From: an uncultured Candidatus Saccharibacteria bacterium | GTDB taxonomy: Bacteria > Patescibacteriota > CALEFQ01 | Assembly (NCBI GenBank): GCA_965230955.1 | Contig: OZ246404.1 | Coordinates: 353,184 to 417,183, forward strand | Reading direction: 5' to 3' | DNA length: 64,000 bases | In this document: piece after piece, positions 37,286 through 46,696 of the stretch | Numbering within the stretch: position 1 is the stretch's first letter | How the letters are laid out: each line of letters starts with the position of its first letter | The notes under the pieces: generated by a model | Told to the model about the DNA's origin: nothing | Databases searched by the model: none | What the model saw: the letters and a program-made list of their open reading frames with translations, nothing else | Program-made: the position numbers and the translations under genes

Positions 37286-38361
37286 AATCCAAGGGAAAAA
37301 TTCTTTGTGCCATGTCCGGCGGGGTAGATAGTTCCGTGGCGGCGGCTTTGTTATTAAAGCAAGGCTATGAAGTTATCGGTGTTTTTATGAAGTTCTGGCA
37401 TCCGGGGGAGTCGGTCACCGGCGGGGAGAATGTTTGTTGTTCTTCGGAATCATATCGCGAGGCTCAAAAAGTCGCCCGGGTTCTGGGTATAAAGCTCTAT
37501 ACGCTCAATTTTGAAAAGCCGTTCAAAAAGCTAGTCGTCGATGATTTTTTGAGCCAATATCAGCAGGGACAAACACCCAATCCCTGTATCCGATGCAATG
37601 AGAAAATAAAATTCGGCTTATTGCTGGTCAAGGCGCGACAGCTAAAAATACCGCTGGTGGCGACGGGTCATTATGCTCAGGTAAAAAAAGTCGCCGGGCG
37701 GGTAGAGTTGCGGCGCGGGCGCGATCGGCAAAAAGACCAGTCATATTTTCTATATCGTCTGACGCCGGCTCAGCTCCGGTACGTGATTTTTCCGGTCGGC
37801 CGATATACCAAGCCGCAGGTGCGCCAAATGGCGGCCAAATTTTTCTTGCCGACGGCTACTCGGCGGGAAAGCCAGGAAGTTTGTTTCGTGCCGGGAGCCG
37901 ATACCCGTTCTTTTCTGAAAAAATATTTGAAAATGAAACCCGGTTTAATTGTTTCCCGGCAAGGCGAATCACTGGGGCGGCACGAAGGCTTGCCTCTTTA
38001 TACCTTGGGACAGCGCCGAGGAGTGGTGGGAGGGCTGAAGCATCCTTATTTTGTGTGCGGAAAAGATGCCGCGCGCAATACTCTGGTGGTAACCGATCAA
38101 CCGGCCGATTTGTTAAGTGATACTTTTACGGTTGGTGATCTTAATTGGATTTCTGCGCCGGTCAAATTTCCTTTCTCGGCCAAAGTGAAAATACGTTATG
38201 GGGCGCCTGCGAGTATGGCGGTGATTAGTCGATCGGGTCCTCGAGTGTCGGTAAAATTTAAGCACAAACAAAGAGCCGTAACGCCCGGGCAATCGGCGGT
38301 ATTTTATCAAGGCGAAAAAATACTCGGAGGCGGAATTATCGATGAAGGAGGACGAAAATGA
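37264..38361 (+). CDS. mnmA: tRNA-specific 2-thiouridylase
   Basis: PP-loop CAMSGGVDSSVAA, MnmA C-terminal domains; ends with TGA. Confidence 0.85.
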   Translation: MAKTAKIKSKGKILCAMSGGVDSSVAAALLLKQGYEVIGVFMKFWHPGESVTGGENVCCSSESYREAQKVARVLGIKLYTLNFEKPFKKLVVDDFLSQYQQGQTPNPCIRCNEKIKFGLLLVKARQLKIPLVATGHYAQVKKVAGRVELRRGRDRQKDQSYFLYRLTPAQLRYVIFPVGRYTKPQVRQMAAKFFLPTATRRESQEVCFVPGADTRSFLKKYLKMKPGLIVSRQGESLGRHEGLPLYTLGQRRGVVGGLKHPYFVCGKDAARNTLVVTDQPADLLSDTFTVGDLNWISAPVKFPFSAKVKIRYGAPASMAVISRSGPRVSVKFKHKQRAVTPGQSAVFYQGEKILGGGIIDEGGRK

Positions 38362-38504
38362 AACCTTATTTTTTAGGTTTGCTGGTTTTTGTCGGTGGGT
38401 TTTTGGCGCTATGGAAATTCATCGATAATGATAAAAAGAAAAAATGGCTTATTTTAGCGATTATTTTGATCGTCGCTTCTATTATTATGTTTCAAGTCAT
38501 CTGA
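38358..38504 (+). CDS. Small hydrophobic protein (48 aa), ATGA-overlapped with mnmA stop
   Basis: Hand-translated MKPYFLGLLVFVGGFLALWKFIDNDKKKKWLILAIILIVASIIMFQVI; two predicted TM helices; under 60 aa so absent from ORF track. Confidence 0.3.
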   Translation: MKPYFLGLLVFVGGFLALWKFIDNDKKKKWLILAIILIVASIIMFQVI

Positions 38505-38589
38505 ATTAAGTCAAAAGGCAAATGGTAAAAGGCAAAATCATGCTAGTCATTCTTCGGCGCTAAGGGCGCTTCGGGATGACTGCTGTCAC

Positions 38590-38618
38590 TTTTGACTTTT
38601 GACTTTTGACTTAGTATA
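38590..38618 (+). promoter_or_regulatory. Consensus sigma-70 promoter TTGACT-17-TATAAT built from ttttgac heptad repeats
   Basis: Three tandem TTGACT heptads; the first is exactly 17 nt from TATAAT (38613-38618); ATG of next gene at 38643. Confidence 0.6.
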
Positions 38619-38642
38619 ATATAGTCAATTAACACCAAATAT

Positions 38643-38975
38643 ATGCCTATCAATGCTTCATGGACCCAAGGTGATTCTCAAAGTGCCATCCCAAAAATCC
38701 AAAGAGAGTTGGAGATGTTGCGCCGCCAGCGTGAAGATATGTTGCGCCAACAAGCTCAGGAGCAACAGCAATTACAGCAACAGCTCAAAGTAGCGCAAGA
38801 TCGCCGGGACTATGACAATGTCAACAAAATGCAGCGGGCGACTTACGAATTCTCCGATCGTTGGAATCGGTCTTTTCATGACTTGGACAAGCGCGTTCAG
38901 GAGCTGAATCAGGATCTGACAATGGCTCAGCAAAACATGGAACGTTTTGAGCAACAGAGCAAGCAACAACAATAA
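38643..38975 (+). CDS. Coiled-coil protein (Q/E/R-rich)
   Basis: Heptad-like charged sequence, no enzymatic motifs. Confidence 0.45.
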   Translation: MPINASWTQGDSQSAIPKIQRELEMLRRQREDMLRQQAQEQQQLQQQLKVAQDRRDYDNVNKMQRATYEFSDRWNRSFHDLDKRVQELNQDLTMAQQNMERFEQQSKQQQ

Positions 38976-39066
38976 TTAACAAGTAACAGCTAACAGGTAA
39001 CAAATTTGAAGCATGAAGCTTCGATATTTTGATTTATTACCTGATACTTGTTCCCTGTTACTTTTA
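38973..39066. repeat. GTAACAG-heptad palindrome between coiled-coil genes
   Basis: taattaacaagtaacagctaacaggtaacaaat ... atttattacctgatacttgttccctgttac, with nested gaagcatgaagcttc hairpin in the loop. Confidence 0.8.
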
Positions 39067-39067
39067 T

Positions 39068-40303
39068 ATGAGTTATTTTTCCGAAAGTGAAATTGCTCGG
39101 GTGGAATGGCGCGTGCGCCAACTTCACGAAAAAATCCGCGAATTGGGCGGCGGTTCTTCTCGTCACCATTCGGGGAGTCAATTAGACGCGGCTATCAGCC
39201 AGCAACGGCGAAGTTTGGAACAGGCTAGATCGATGGCGCCGGGCGATACATCATCCGCGCCCGCGTCAAAAGCTGATTTTGGCGGGGAAATCGGTAAATT
39301 GCGGGATGAAGCGGCCAAGGCTAAACGTGATTTTGATGTTGCCCAGTCCGAGTCCGTCAAACTGAAAGACGAACTGACCAAGCTGAATACGGAAAAAATG
39401 CGCCGTTTGGGGCAGATGGAGCGCTTGGAGGAATCCATCAAGGTACGAAAAATCGATTTGGAGCGCGATTTATCGAGTGAACAACAAAAACTGAGCGAAC
39501 TAAAGAATAGTAACCGGGCTGATCCCGGTACGGTACAGTTGAAACGCCAATTGGCTCGAAAGCAGAAGCAACTCGTCGGCAAGGAAAAAATGTGGTACGG
39601 GCTTTCTCTGGCCAAACAGAAAGGATCGTTGACCGAGGGAGGTAGGAAGAAAGAAGAACAAGCGTTGAAATCAGAGGTGCGCGGCCTGAAATCGGAAGTG
39701 CGTTTACTGCGCGAACAGCTCAAGAAAGCAGATCGGGTGAGCGCCACGGCGGGGAGTGCGCGCACGGCCGGCCGAGTGCAACGCCAATTAAAAATAATCG
39801 CTGATATTCAAAAGGATATCGCCGATATCGATAAAGACGCCGATCGGGAACGGGCAGAGCATGACATGTTCATGGCCGATTTTCATAAAAGGGAGCGGGT
39901 AATCACCCAGGAATTATCACGGCACCAAGAAAGTTTGCAACGCCGTCAGCGCGAGGAGCAAGTTTGGCGGGTGAAACAGCGGGAGATGGAAGAAAAACAG
40001 CGCCAAGCATCAGGCCAGGATACGGCGTCGGCTCAATCTTCCGCTGCCGGAGCCGGCGGCCAGATCCATATGATTGAGCAGAAAATAAAAGATTTGGAAG
40101 CCCAGAAAGAAAAAGAAGGAAACAAAAAATTTCAGGTCGAAAAAATGGAATTGGACATGAAAGTCCTGGAACGGGATATGCAAATGCTCGAGAGCTCGAT
40201 CGCTTCTGCCGAACCGCAGTTGGTGGCGGCTTGTCAATCTCGCCTGCGCCGGATGATGAATGATTTTAATCAAGCCAAAGAAGATTTCCAAAAGTTAAAA
40301 TAA
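39068..40303 (+). CDS. Coiled-coil protein
   Basis: Long K/E/R/Q-rich predicted coiled coil; start at ATG 39068 after the palindrome. Confidence 0.45.
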   Translation: MSYFSESEIARVEWRVRQLHEKIRELGGGSSRHHSGSQLDAAISQQRRSLEQARSMAPGDTSSAPASKADFGGEIGKLRDEAAKAKRDFDVAQSESVKLKDELTKLNTEKMRRLGQMERLEESIKVRKIDLERDLSSEQQKLSELKNSNRADPGTVQLKRQLARKQKQLVGKEKMWYGLSLAKQKGSLTEGGRKKEEQALKSEVRGLKSEVRLLREQLKKADRVSATAGSARTAGRVQRQLKIIADIQKDIADIDKDADRERAEHDMFMADFHKRERVITQELSRHQESLQRRQREEQVWRVKQREMEEKQRQASGQDTASAQSSAAGAGGQIHMIEQKIKDLEAQKEKEGNKKFQVEKMELDMKVLERDMQMLESSIASAEPQLVAACQSRLRRMMNDFNQAKEDFQKLK

Positions 40304-40309
40304 TGCGCC

Positions 40310-41002
40310 ATGGCGGATATCAGCACCATTGAATCGCGATTGAAGAGCTTGCGGAGCGAGGTGGAAGCGGCTGGTTTCAGTATTGTGGGAATGTCGGGAC
40401 AGTTGGCCAAGTCAGCCGAGCGTCGGGAATTGGAAGCCATGCCTTCGCTTGCGGTTTTGCAAGGCGAGATGAAACGGGCGATGGATCAAAACAAGCAAGC
40501 TTCTCCGGCCGGAGCCAATCGGGTCTTTCAAATCACCCAGAAGATTGCGCGCCGGCGAGAGCTGGAAAAAAAATTCGATAAATCAAAATTTATCGCGAAG
40601 GCCGATGATTTATTGGCCAAGCTATCGATTATCCAAAATGATTATGATTCGATCATGGGATCGAGGCGGATGGCCGAAACCGAGGGAAGATCTTTGTCGG
40701 AAAAGGCTCGGAAAGTCGAGCAAGAGCGCAGTCATTTGGCCAACCAATATCGGGAATTGCAGTTGCGTCAAAAAGAAATTCGAACCGGCGACGATTACCG
40801 GCGCGTAGTGGACGATTCCAAACGTTTGGGCCAGCAGTTGCATTCTTTTTCCGCCGAACAGGAAGAAACCAAATCAAAAATACGCCAGTTTACCAGCCGA
40901 TTTGAACAAGTCGCTGGCATTCCGCCACAAACAATTCTGCGTGTAAAAACCGAATTAGACTTGATTAAAAAAAGCTTGGAACAAGCCAAGTTGGGACGCT
41001 AA
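40310..41002 (+). CDS. Coiled-coil protein
   Basis: Same composition class, contiguous with neighbours. Confidence 0.45.
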   Translation: MADISTIESRLKSLRSEVEAAGFSIVGMSGQLAKSAERRELEAMPSLAVLQGEMKRAMDQNKQASPAGANRVFQITQKIARRRELEKKFDKSKFIAKADDLLAKLSIIQNDYDSIMGSRRMAETEGRSLSEKARKVEQERSHLANQYRELQLRQKEIRTGDDYRRVVDDSKRLGQQLHSFSAEQEETKSKIRQFTSRFEQVAGIPPQTILRVKTELDLIKKSLEQAKLGR

Positions 41003-41003
41003 A

Positions 41004-41621
41004 ATGCAATCCAAACCACCGGTAAAACTAAATAGGCTGGAGCACCAGGCCGCCGAGCTGGAAGAAAGGATGGAAGCGGCTACGGCTCATTGGGAAAAAA
41101 TCGAGCGGGATAAGAAAACGATCGAGCGGGAAGAAATCGAGAGAGGTGTTTTACGCCATCATCGCGACGAATTGGCGGCTGCTCCGGAGATTGATCCTTT
41201 TTTGGATTCGATCAGCAAAATAGAAGCGGAATTGGCGCGCCGCCAAGAAGAGCTGAAAAAACTTTATCAAGAGGAATGGCCGAAAGAACGCCAGGAGCGC
41301 GATTCGAGGCGGTATGAAATGGAAGGTCTGCAAGCTCGTTTTCGCGTCATCAACGAGCGGGTTTTGTCCCTGAGACTGAAGTTGGCGGCCGAGGCATTGC
41401 GTAACAAAAAAGGCGATCGGCTTGATCCGGCCGAGGAGCAAAAAAGACGTTGGAATGAAGCGATCATTGCTAAGGAAATGTCCAAATTGGAACGGGAAAT
41501 GAAAGCTCATCCGGCGACGCCGCAGGATATGGCCAAGCTCAAAGAATTAAAAGCCGATCAGGCGCGGAACGATGATTTATCTCAGCCGCCGCCGATAATT
41601 ACTCCGAGTACTAATTTATGA
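41004..41621 (+). CDS. Coiled-coil protein
   Basis: Same composition class; overlaps alaS start by 4 nt. Confidence 0.45.
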   Translation: MQSKPPVKLNRLEHQAAELEERMEAATAHWEKIERDKKTIEREEIERGVLRHHRDELAAAPEIDPFLDSISKIEAELARRQEELKKLYQEEWPKERQERDSRRYEMEGLQARFRVINERVLSLRLKLAAEALRNKKGDRLDPAEEQKRRWNEAIIAKEMSKLEREMKAHPATPQDMAKLKELKADQARNDDLSQPPPIITPSTNL

Positions 41622-43948
41622 CCGCCCAGCAATTACGCCAACTTTTTCTGAAATTTTTCTCCGATCGAGGACACAAAATTATTCCCTCGGCTTCTTTGAT
41701 TCCGGAAAATGATCCTTCGGTTTTGTTTACCACGGCGGGAATGCATCCGTTGGTGCCGTTCCTGCTGGGCGAAAATCATCCGGCCGGTAAACGTTTGGTC
41801 GATGTCCAGAAATGCGTGCGGGTTGATGATATTGACGAGGTCGGGGATGCTTCGCACCATACTTTTTTTGAAATGCTGGGAAATTGGTCGTTGGGTGATT
41901 ATTTTAAGTCCGAGTCTGTCGCCTGGAGCTATGAATTTCTGACCGATAAAAAATATCTCGGCCTGGATCCGGTACGTCTCTATGTTACTTGTTTTGCCGG
42001 CGATGCTGATGCCCCAAAAGACCGGGCGGCGGCGGAAGCTTGGCAAAAAGCCGGAATTCCAGTCGACCGCATTTTTTTCTTGTCGAAAAAAGACAATTGG
42101 TGGGGACCGGCCGGAAAAATCGGTCCCTGCGGGCCTGATACCGAAATCTTTTATGATATTTTGCCGGCTCAGCCCAAATGTTCGCCTACTTGCGGTCCCG
42201 GCTGTCACTGCGGAAAATTTATCGAAATTTGGAACAATGTTTTTATGGAATACGAGAAAGTTGATACGGGAACGGAAGTGTTGTTTTTGCGCCATGGGGA
42301 AACGGATGGCAATAAGCAGTTGCGCATGCTGGGCAGTATTGATTTGCCTCTCAATGACGTCGGCGTAAAACAAGCCGAAGCACACCGGGCCATGGTCGCG
42401 GAATTTAAACCTGACGTTATCTTAACCTCGCCCTTGGAGCGGGCGGCCCAAACCGCCAAAATTATCGCTCCGTCCGGCGTGCCGGTGGTGGCGGAACCGC
42501 TGGCGCTGGAGCGCGATCCCGGCCGTCTGGAAGGTATGAATCAGGCGGAAATTTTGGCTGCCTGCCCCGGAGCCGAATATATAAAAAAGCAGGGCATCAA
42601 TTATTGCGTCAATCCGCCTGGCGGTGAAAGTTTGGAACAGGCGCGGCAGAGAGTGGAAAAACTATTCAAGAAAATGGTCGAAAATTACCGTGGTAAAAAA
42701 GTTGTGGTTGTTTCCCACGGCGACTTACTTGATATGTCGCTGGCGGTGCAGAAATCTCTGGCCTTGGAAGATGCGATCGGTCTTCACTCGTCGACATTGT
42801 CCCAAGAGAGTTATTCTTTGTACGAATTCCGTCCCTTGAAACAAAAAAATGTCGATACGGGCATGGGATTGGAGCGCACGCTGGCTGTTTTGAACGGTTT
42901 GGATGACGATTATCGCACCGAACTTTTTTGGCCGTTGATCGAAGCTCTGCAAGGATTGAGTGGCAAAAGATATGGGGAAAATGAACGAGATACTTTTTCG
43001 TTTCGAGTCATCGCCGATCATTTGCGCGCCGCCACTTTTATTATTGGCGATGAACATGGAGTGACGCCTTCCAATGTTGAGCACGGCTATGTTTTGCGCC
43101 GGCTGATTCGTCGCGCTGTCCGTTTTGGTAAAAAACTGGGCCTGAATACCGATCAGCACTTGTGTCGCGAGCTGGCGAATGTGGTGATAAAGCAATATTC
43201 GGCCGCTTATCCCGAATTGGAAAAAAGGGCTGATCGGATTATCACGGAACTGGAGCGGGAGGAAAGCAAATTCGAAAAAACATTGGCCAAGGGCTTGCGC
43301 GAGTTCCAGAAGCTGAAAGACAAAGGTATTAGCGGAAAAGAAGCCTTTGATTTGTTCCAGACTTATGGCTTTCCCATCGAAATGACCAGAGAATTAGCCC
43401 GGGAGCATGGTGTGGATATCAACCAGGCCGAATTTGACAAAGAGTTCAAAATGCATCAGAATATATCCCGACGCGGCGCGGAAAAGAAATTTGCCGGTGG
43501 TTTAGGCGAAAAAACGGTCGAAACGACGCGTTTGCACACCGCGACTCATCTGTTACACGCGGCTTTGAGGAAAATCTTAGGTCCTCAAGTTGAGCAGCGG
43601 GGGAGCAATATTACGGCTGAGCGTCTGCGTTTTGATTTTTCTTATTCCGCTAAACTGACGGAAGAGCAAAAGAAAGCGGTCGAAGATTTGGTGAATGAGC
43701 AGATAAAAGCGTCTCTGCCGGTCACGAAAGATATCATGACGGTGGCTGAAGCCAAAGCGGGGGGAGCGATGGGATTGTTTGAGAATAAGTATGGCGATAA
43801 AGTGTTCGTGTATAGCGCCGGCGATTTTTCGAAGGAAATTTGCGGCGGTCCGCACGTGACCAATACCGGAGAGCTGGGCCATTTCCGGATCAAAAAAGAA
43901 GAAGCCAGCAGCGCCGGTATCCGCCGCATCAAAGCAATTTTAGAATAG
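41618..43948 (+). CDS. alaS: Alanine--tRNA ligase with inserted histidine-phosphatase domain
   Basis: AlaS catalytic N-terminus (FTTAGMHP, WGPxGxxGPCGP, DTGMGLER) and editing-domain motifs (HTATHLL, CGGPHV). Residues about 219-410 form a phosphoglycerate-mutase-like domain (LRHGETDGN ... VVSHGDLL). Confidence 0.85.
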   Translation: MTAQQLRQLFLKFFSDRGHKIIPSASLIPENDPSVLFTTAGMHPLVPFLLGENHPAGKRLVDVQKCVRVDDIDEVGDASHHTFFEMLGNWSLGDYFKSESVAWSYEFLTDKKYLGLDPVRLYVTCFAGDADAPKDRAAAEAWQKAGIPVDRIFFLSKKDNWWGPAGKIGPCGPDTEIFYDILPAQPKCSPTCGPGCHCGKFIEIWNNVFMEYEKVDTGTEVLFLRHGETDGNKQLRMLGSIDLPLNDVGVKQAEAHRAMVAEFKPDVILTSPLERAAQTAKIIAPSGVPVVAEPLALERDPGRLEGMNQAEILAACPGAEYIKKQGINYCVNPPGGESLEQARQRVEKLFKKMVENYRGKKVVVVSHGDLLDMSLAVQKSLALEDAIGLHSSTLSQESYSLYEFRPLKQKNVDTGMGLERTLAVLNGLDDDYRTELFWPLIEALQGLSGKRYGENERDTFSFRVIADHLRAATFIIGDEHGVTPSNVEHGYVLRRLIRRAVRFGKKLGLNTDQHLCRELANVVIKQYSAAYPELEKRADRIITELEREESKFEKTLAKGLREFQKLKDKGISGKEAFDLFQTYGFPIEMTRELAREHGVDINQAEFDKEFKMHQNISRRGAEKKFAGGLGEKTVETTRLHTATHLLHAALRKILGPQVEQRGSNITAERLRFDFSYSAKLTEEQKKAVEDLVNEQIKASLPVTKDIMTVAEAKAGGAMGLFENKYGDKVFVYSAGDFSKEICGGPHVTNTGELGHFRIKKEEASSAGIRRIKAILE
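42272..42848 (+). other. Histidine-phosphatase (RHG) domain inserted within the alaS catalytic core
   Basis: Flanked by near-duplicate KVDTGTE / NVDTGMG coding segments (gttgatacggg / gtcgatacggg). Confidence 0.7.
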
Positions 43949-43950
43949 TA

Positions 43951-43983
43951 TTTGTTACTTGTTACCTGTTAACTGATACTTGT
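43951..43983 (+). repeat. Solo half-element of the GTAACAG family after alaS
   Basis: tttgttacttgttacctgttaactgatacttgt with no upstream partner arm. Confidence 0.6.
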
Positions 43984-43988
43984 AATAT

Positions 43989-44697
43989 GAAGGTAGATCT
44001 CCACACCCATACCTGCTATTCCTACGACACTTTCACGCCGATGGAAAAGACCATTGCGGCGATACAGCAAAGTGGAATCGATTGTGTCGCGGTGACGGAC
44101 CACAACGAGGTGGCCGGTGCTTTTAAGATGCAAAAAATCGCGCCGTTCAAAGTGATTGTCGGTGAGGAAATACGGACAGCGGACGGGGAAATAATCGGTC
44201 TGTTTTTAAAAGAAAAAATCCCCGGCGGACTAGATCCGCGCGAAACCATTCGACGCATAAAAGAGCAGGGTGGTTTGGTCTATTTGCCTCATCCTTTTTG
44301 TTGGCTGCTCAATTCGAAATTGAAAAGTCCTCTGGTCTGGCAATATGTCCGGGAAGGATTGATTGATATTGTTGAAGTTTATAATGCTTCCGCCATTGCA
44401 TTGACTTCATTCAAAAAAGTCCATGAATTATTGACCGGTTCTCGGGCGGCCAAAGCGGTATCCACCGACGCGCATGTTCCCTATGAATTTGTCGGCGCAT
44501 GCGTGGAGATGGATCAGTTTGATGGTCCGCAGGATTTCCTCGCCAAAATAAAAAAAGCCCGGCTGATCATGAAGCCGGGATATCTCTATGCGACTTTTCA
44601 GATTATTTACAATTACTATATACGCACCAAGCTTTTCAAGGCACCGCACGGAGCCGAATTGGAAGCGGAGCTGGCCAAAAAACTCGCGGCCGAATAA
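43989..44697 (+). CDS. PHP-domain metal-dependent phosphoesterase
   Basis: MKVDLHTHTCYS ... VAVTDHN PHP motifs. Confidence 0.7.
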
Positions 44698-44704
44698 TGG
44701 TGCC

Positions 44705-44750
44705 AAAACAAAACAGCCTCGATCTTACATCTAGACTGTTTTTGTTTTCC
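44705..44750. terminator. Bidirectional terminator hairpin
   Basis: Stem aaaacaaaacag/ctgtttttgtttt with 19-nt loop between convergent genes. Confidence 0.6.
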
Positions 44751-44780
44751 GGGCATGTTGCTTTCGGCGTCCGGTAATTT

Positions 44781-44960
44781 CTATCCGGCCAGAAATCGCA
44801 AAGCGTCATAGACCAAGAAAGCCGGCCAGACGATGGCTTTGAGAAAACCCAGTACGCCGATCCAAAAAGTCGGGGCGGTGCTGATGTAGTAAACGACGGC
44901 GCCGATAAAGCCAAGTCCGTAAACGGCGCCGGCGGTTCCGGTGTTGACGTTTGGTTTCAT
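44781..44960 (-). CDS. Small membrane protein (59 aa)
   Basis: Hand-translated MKPNVNTGTAGAVYGLGFIGAVVYYISTAPTFWIGVLGFLKAIVWPAFLVYDALRFLAG; hydrophobic. Confidence 0.35.
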   Translation of the reverse strand: MKPNVNTGTAGAVYGLGFIGAVVYYISTAPTFWIGVLGFLKAIVWPAFLVYDALRFLAG

Positions 44961-45279
44961 AAATTTATTATCTTACTTTTAAATTTCGGTGGCGGTCTGA
45001 CGAAAATTTGTCTGGTCGTTTGACTTCAATACTAATATTAGAAAGGGTGGCGCATTTGGGTTTGATTGAAATTATCTCGACTCTGCCCACCCGATTATAT
45101 TTTACTTCATCGATGAATGGAAGACAAGGTTTGAGAATTGCCTCAAAAAATTCGTAAGCCTCTGTTTGTGTAATTTGGGCCAAATTCACGTACGCCCTGG
45201 ACAAAATATCGAAAATATGATAGAGTTTCGTTCAGTTCATTTGAGATCAGTTATTTCTTTGCCAAAAAAGGAGGTTACC

Positions 45280-45504
45280 ATGGCAAAATCAGTGACGATA
45301 TGTCTCCGGTGTGGAAAGGAAAAAGGAGAACATATACGCGGGGAAACAATTTTCGATCCAAGAAAGTACGTTTCGTATGTGGAGGAATGCTCGAGTTGCA
45401 GAAATACTGGCGGGTTAGGTCTGAAAGCCTTGCGCAAGGTCAATTGTTCTGTGCGTACAGTGAGCGCGCCTTTTCGTGCATTCCGGGATGCTTTTCGATT
45501 CTAG
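45280..45504 (+). CDS. Small Cys-rich zinc-ribbon-like protein (74 aa)
   Basis: Strong RBS AAGGAGG 6 nt before ATG; CxxC...CxxC pairs. Confidence 0.4.
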   Translation: MAKSVTICLRCGKEKGEHIRGETIFDPRKYVSYVEECSSCRNTGGLGLKALRKVNCSVRTVSAPFRAFRDAFRF

Positions 45505-45593
45505 CTGCTGAATTGTCAGTGGACTTGCGTCATTCATTTGTGCGCGAAACTTCGAAAGGAGAGGCACAAAACGGTGAAGTGACCGGATCGAAA

Positions 45594-45633
45594 AAGCCCT
45601 TGAGGATTTATATCCCCGGGGCTTATTTTTTTT
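45594..45633 (+). terminator. Terminator after small Cys-rich ORF
   Basis: Hairpin aagccc...gggctt followed by a 9-T run. Confidence 0.5.
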
Positions 45634-45891
45634 GAAAAAAATAATTGCTTATATCTTTCCTGGGATAATTGTGTGATTGAAAATCAGGAGGCGAACTATT
45701 ATTTGCTATTTTATGTCCTGAACTTTGTGTGGTTTGTAGTCATTGTCATGATTAAATTTACACTTTGATAGAACTTTTAATTCGCTCGCGAAAACTACAT
45801 CAAACGTATTCGAGGAGGTGAAATTTTTTTTACGCATATACGTTGTTAGGCGGGGGAGATGGAATGTAACCTTGAGTGCATTTTCCTTTCG

Positions 45892-46569
45892 CTAAATTTC
45901 CCCGTGAATTTCTCTTTCCAATCTTTTGAAAAAATTCTGGGAAAAGAGCATCCTGTCTTTGGCCACTCGCTTTGCTTTTTCAGTGTATAGATAATTTAGG
46001 ATATGTTTGTCTTTTGTTTCCCAATTGATTTGAGGGCTATGTTTCGTTTTGTCTTGGATCCTTCCATTGATTTTGCCGCCCAGGTTTTCTTCAGCATACT
46101 TATTGATATCGGTTTTCTTGTAGATGTTCGCATTATTTCTACCGACCCAAACAAACGCCCTGGCCAGGCCAATCGCGCCGACGGTTTCTAATTTATCGGC
46201 GTCAAAAACGATTTCAGCTTCTTTGGTTTGGGGCTTGTTTTCGGTCCGATAGCGGTGAGAAATGATGCAATCTTGAATATGCTTAATTTTACTTTTGGAG
46301 TATCCCAAGCTATCTAGAATAGGCTCGGCCATTTTAGAGCTCTCAATGGCATGATCGGTTTTGCCGGTTGGATCATCGGCTTCTTTTTTACCTCCAATGT
46401 CGTGGAGTAGCGCGGCCGCTTTTATGACGTCCAAATCGACTTTTTCATTTTCAGCCAGATGTAGCGCCAAGTTGTAAACTCGCATAACATGGTCAAAATT
46501 ATGAGCAGAACAAAAAGCAAGTTCTTTTTTTACGATTTCTTTAATTTTTTCTATTTTTTCATCCATCAT
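45892..46569 (-). CDS. HD-domain phosphohydrolase
   Basis: H...HDIGG...D HD motif. Confidence 0.7.
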   Translation of the reverse strand: MMDEKIEKIKEIVKKELAFCSAHNFDHVMRVYNLALHLAENEKVDLDVIKAAALLHDIGGKKEADDPTGKTDHAIESSKMAEPILDSLGYSKSKIKHIQDCIISHRYRTENKPQTKEAEIVFDADKLETVGAIGLARAFVWVGRNNANIYKKTDINKYAEENLGGKINGRIQDKTKHSPQINWETKDKHILNYLYTEKAKRVAKDRMLFSQNFFKRLEREIHGEI

Positions 46570-46696
46570 TATTTAGATAAAAACAAGTATTCAAATAATC
46601 GGGTATGAGTTTGAGTATCGCACCATAATGGATTATGTTTCTCGATCGGTAAATCTTCCCGAAGTCCGAGCGGGGCAGAAGACCCCGCAATTACCG

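Noticed and set aside
37204-38361. Alternative genetic code (UGA recoding, as in some CPR lineages)
   Set aside because: mnmA and other genes terminate at TGA exactly where homologs end, and ORF lengths match family expectations under the standard code.
45640-45891. RBS-like AGGAGG sites followed by 2-3-codon ORFs as leader peptides
   Set aside because: Too short and without an obvious downstream regulated gene on that strand; likely chance occurrences in AT-rich spacer.
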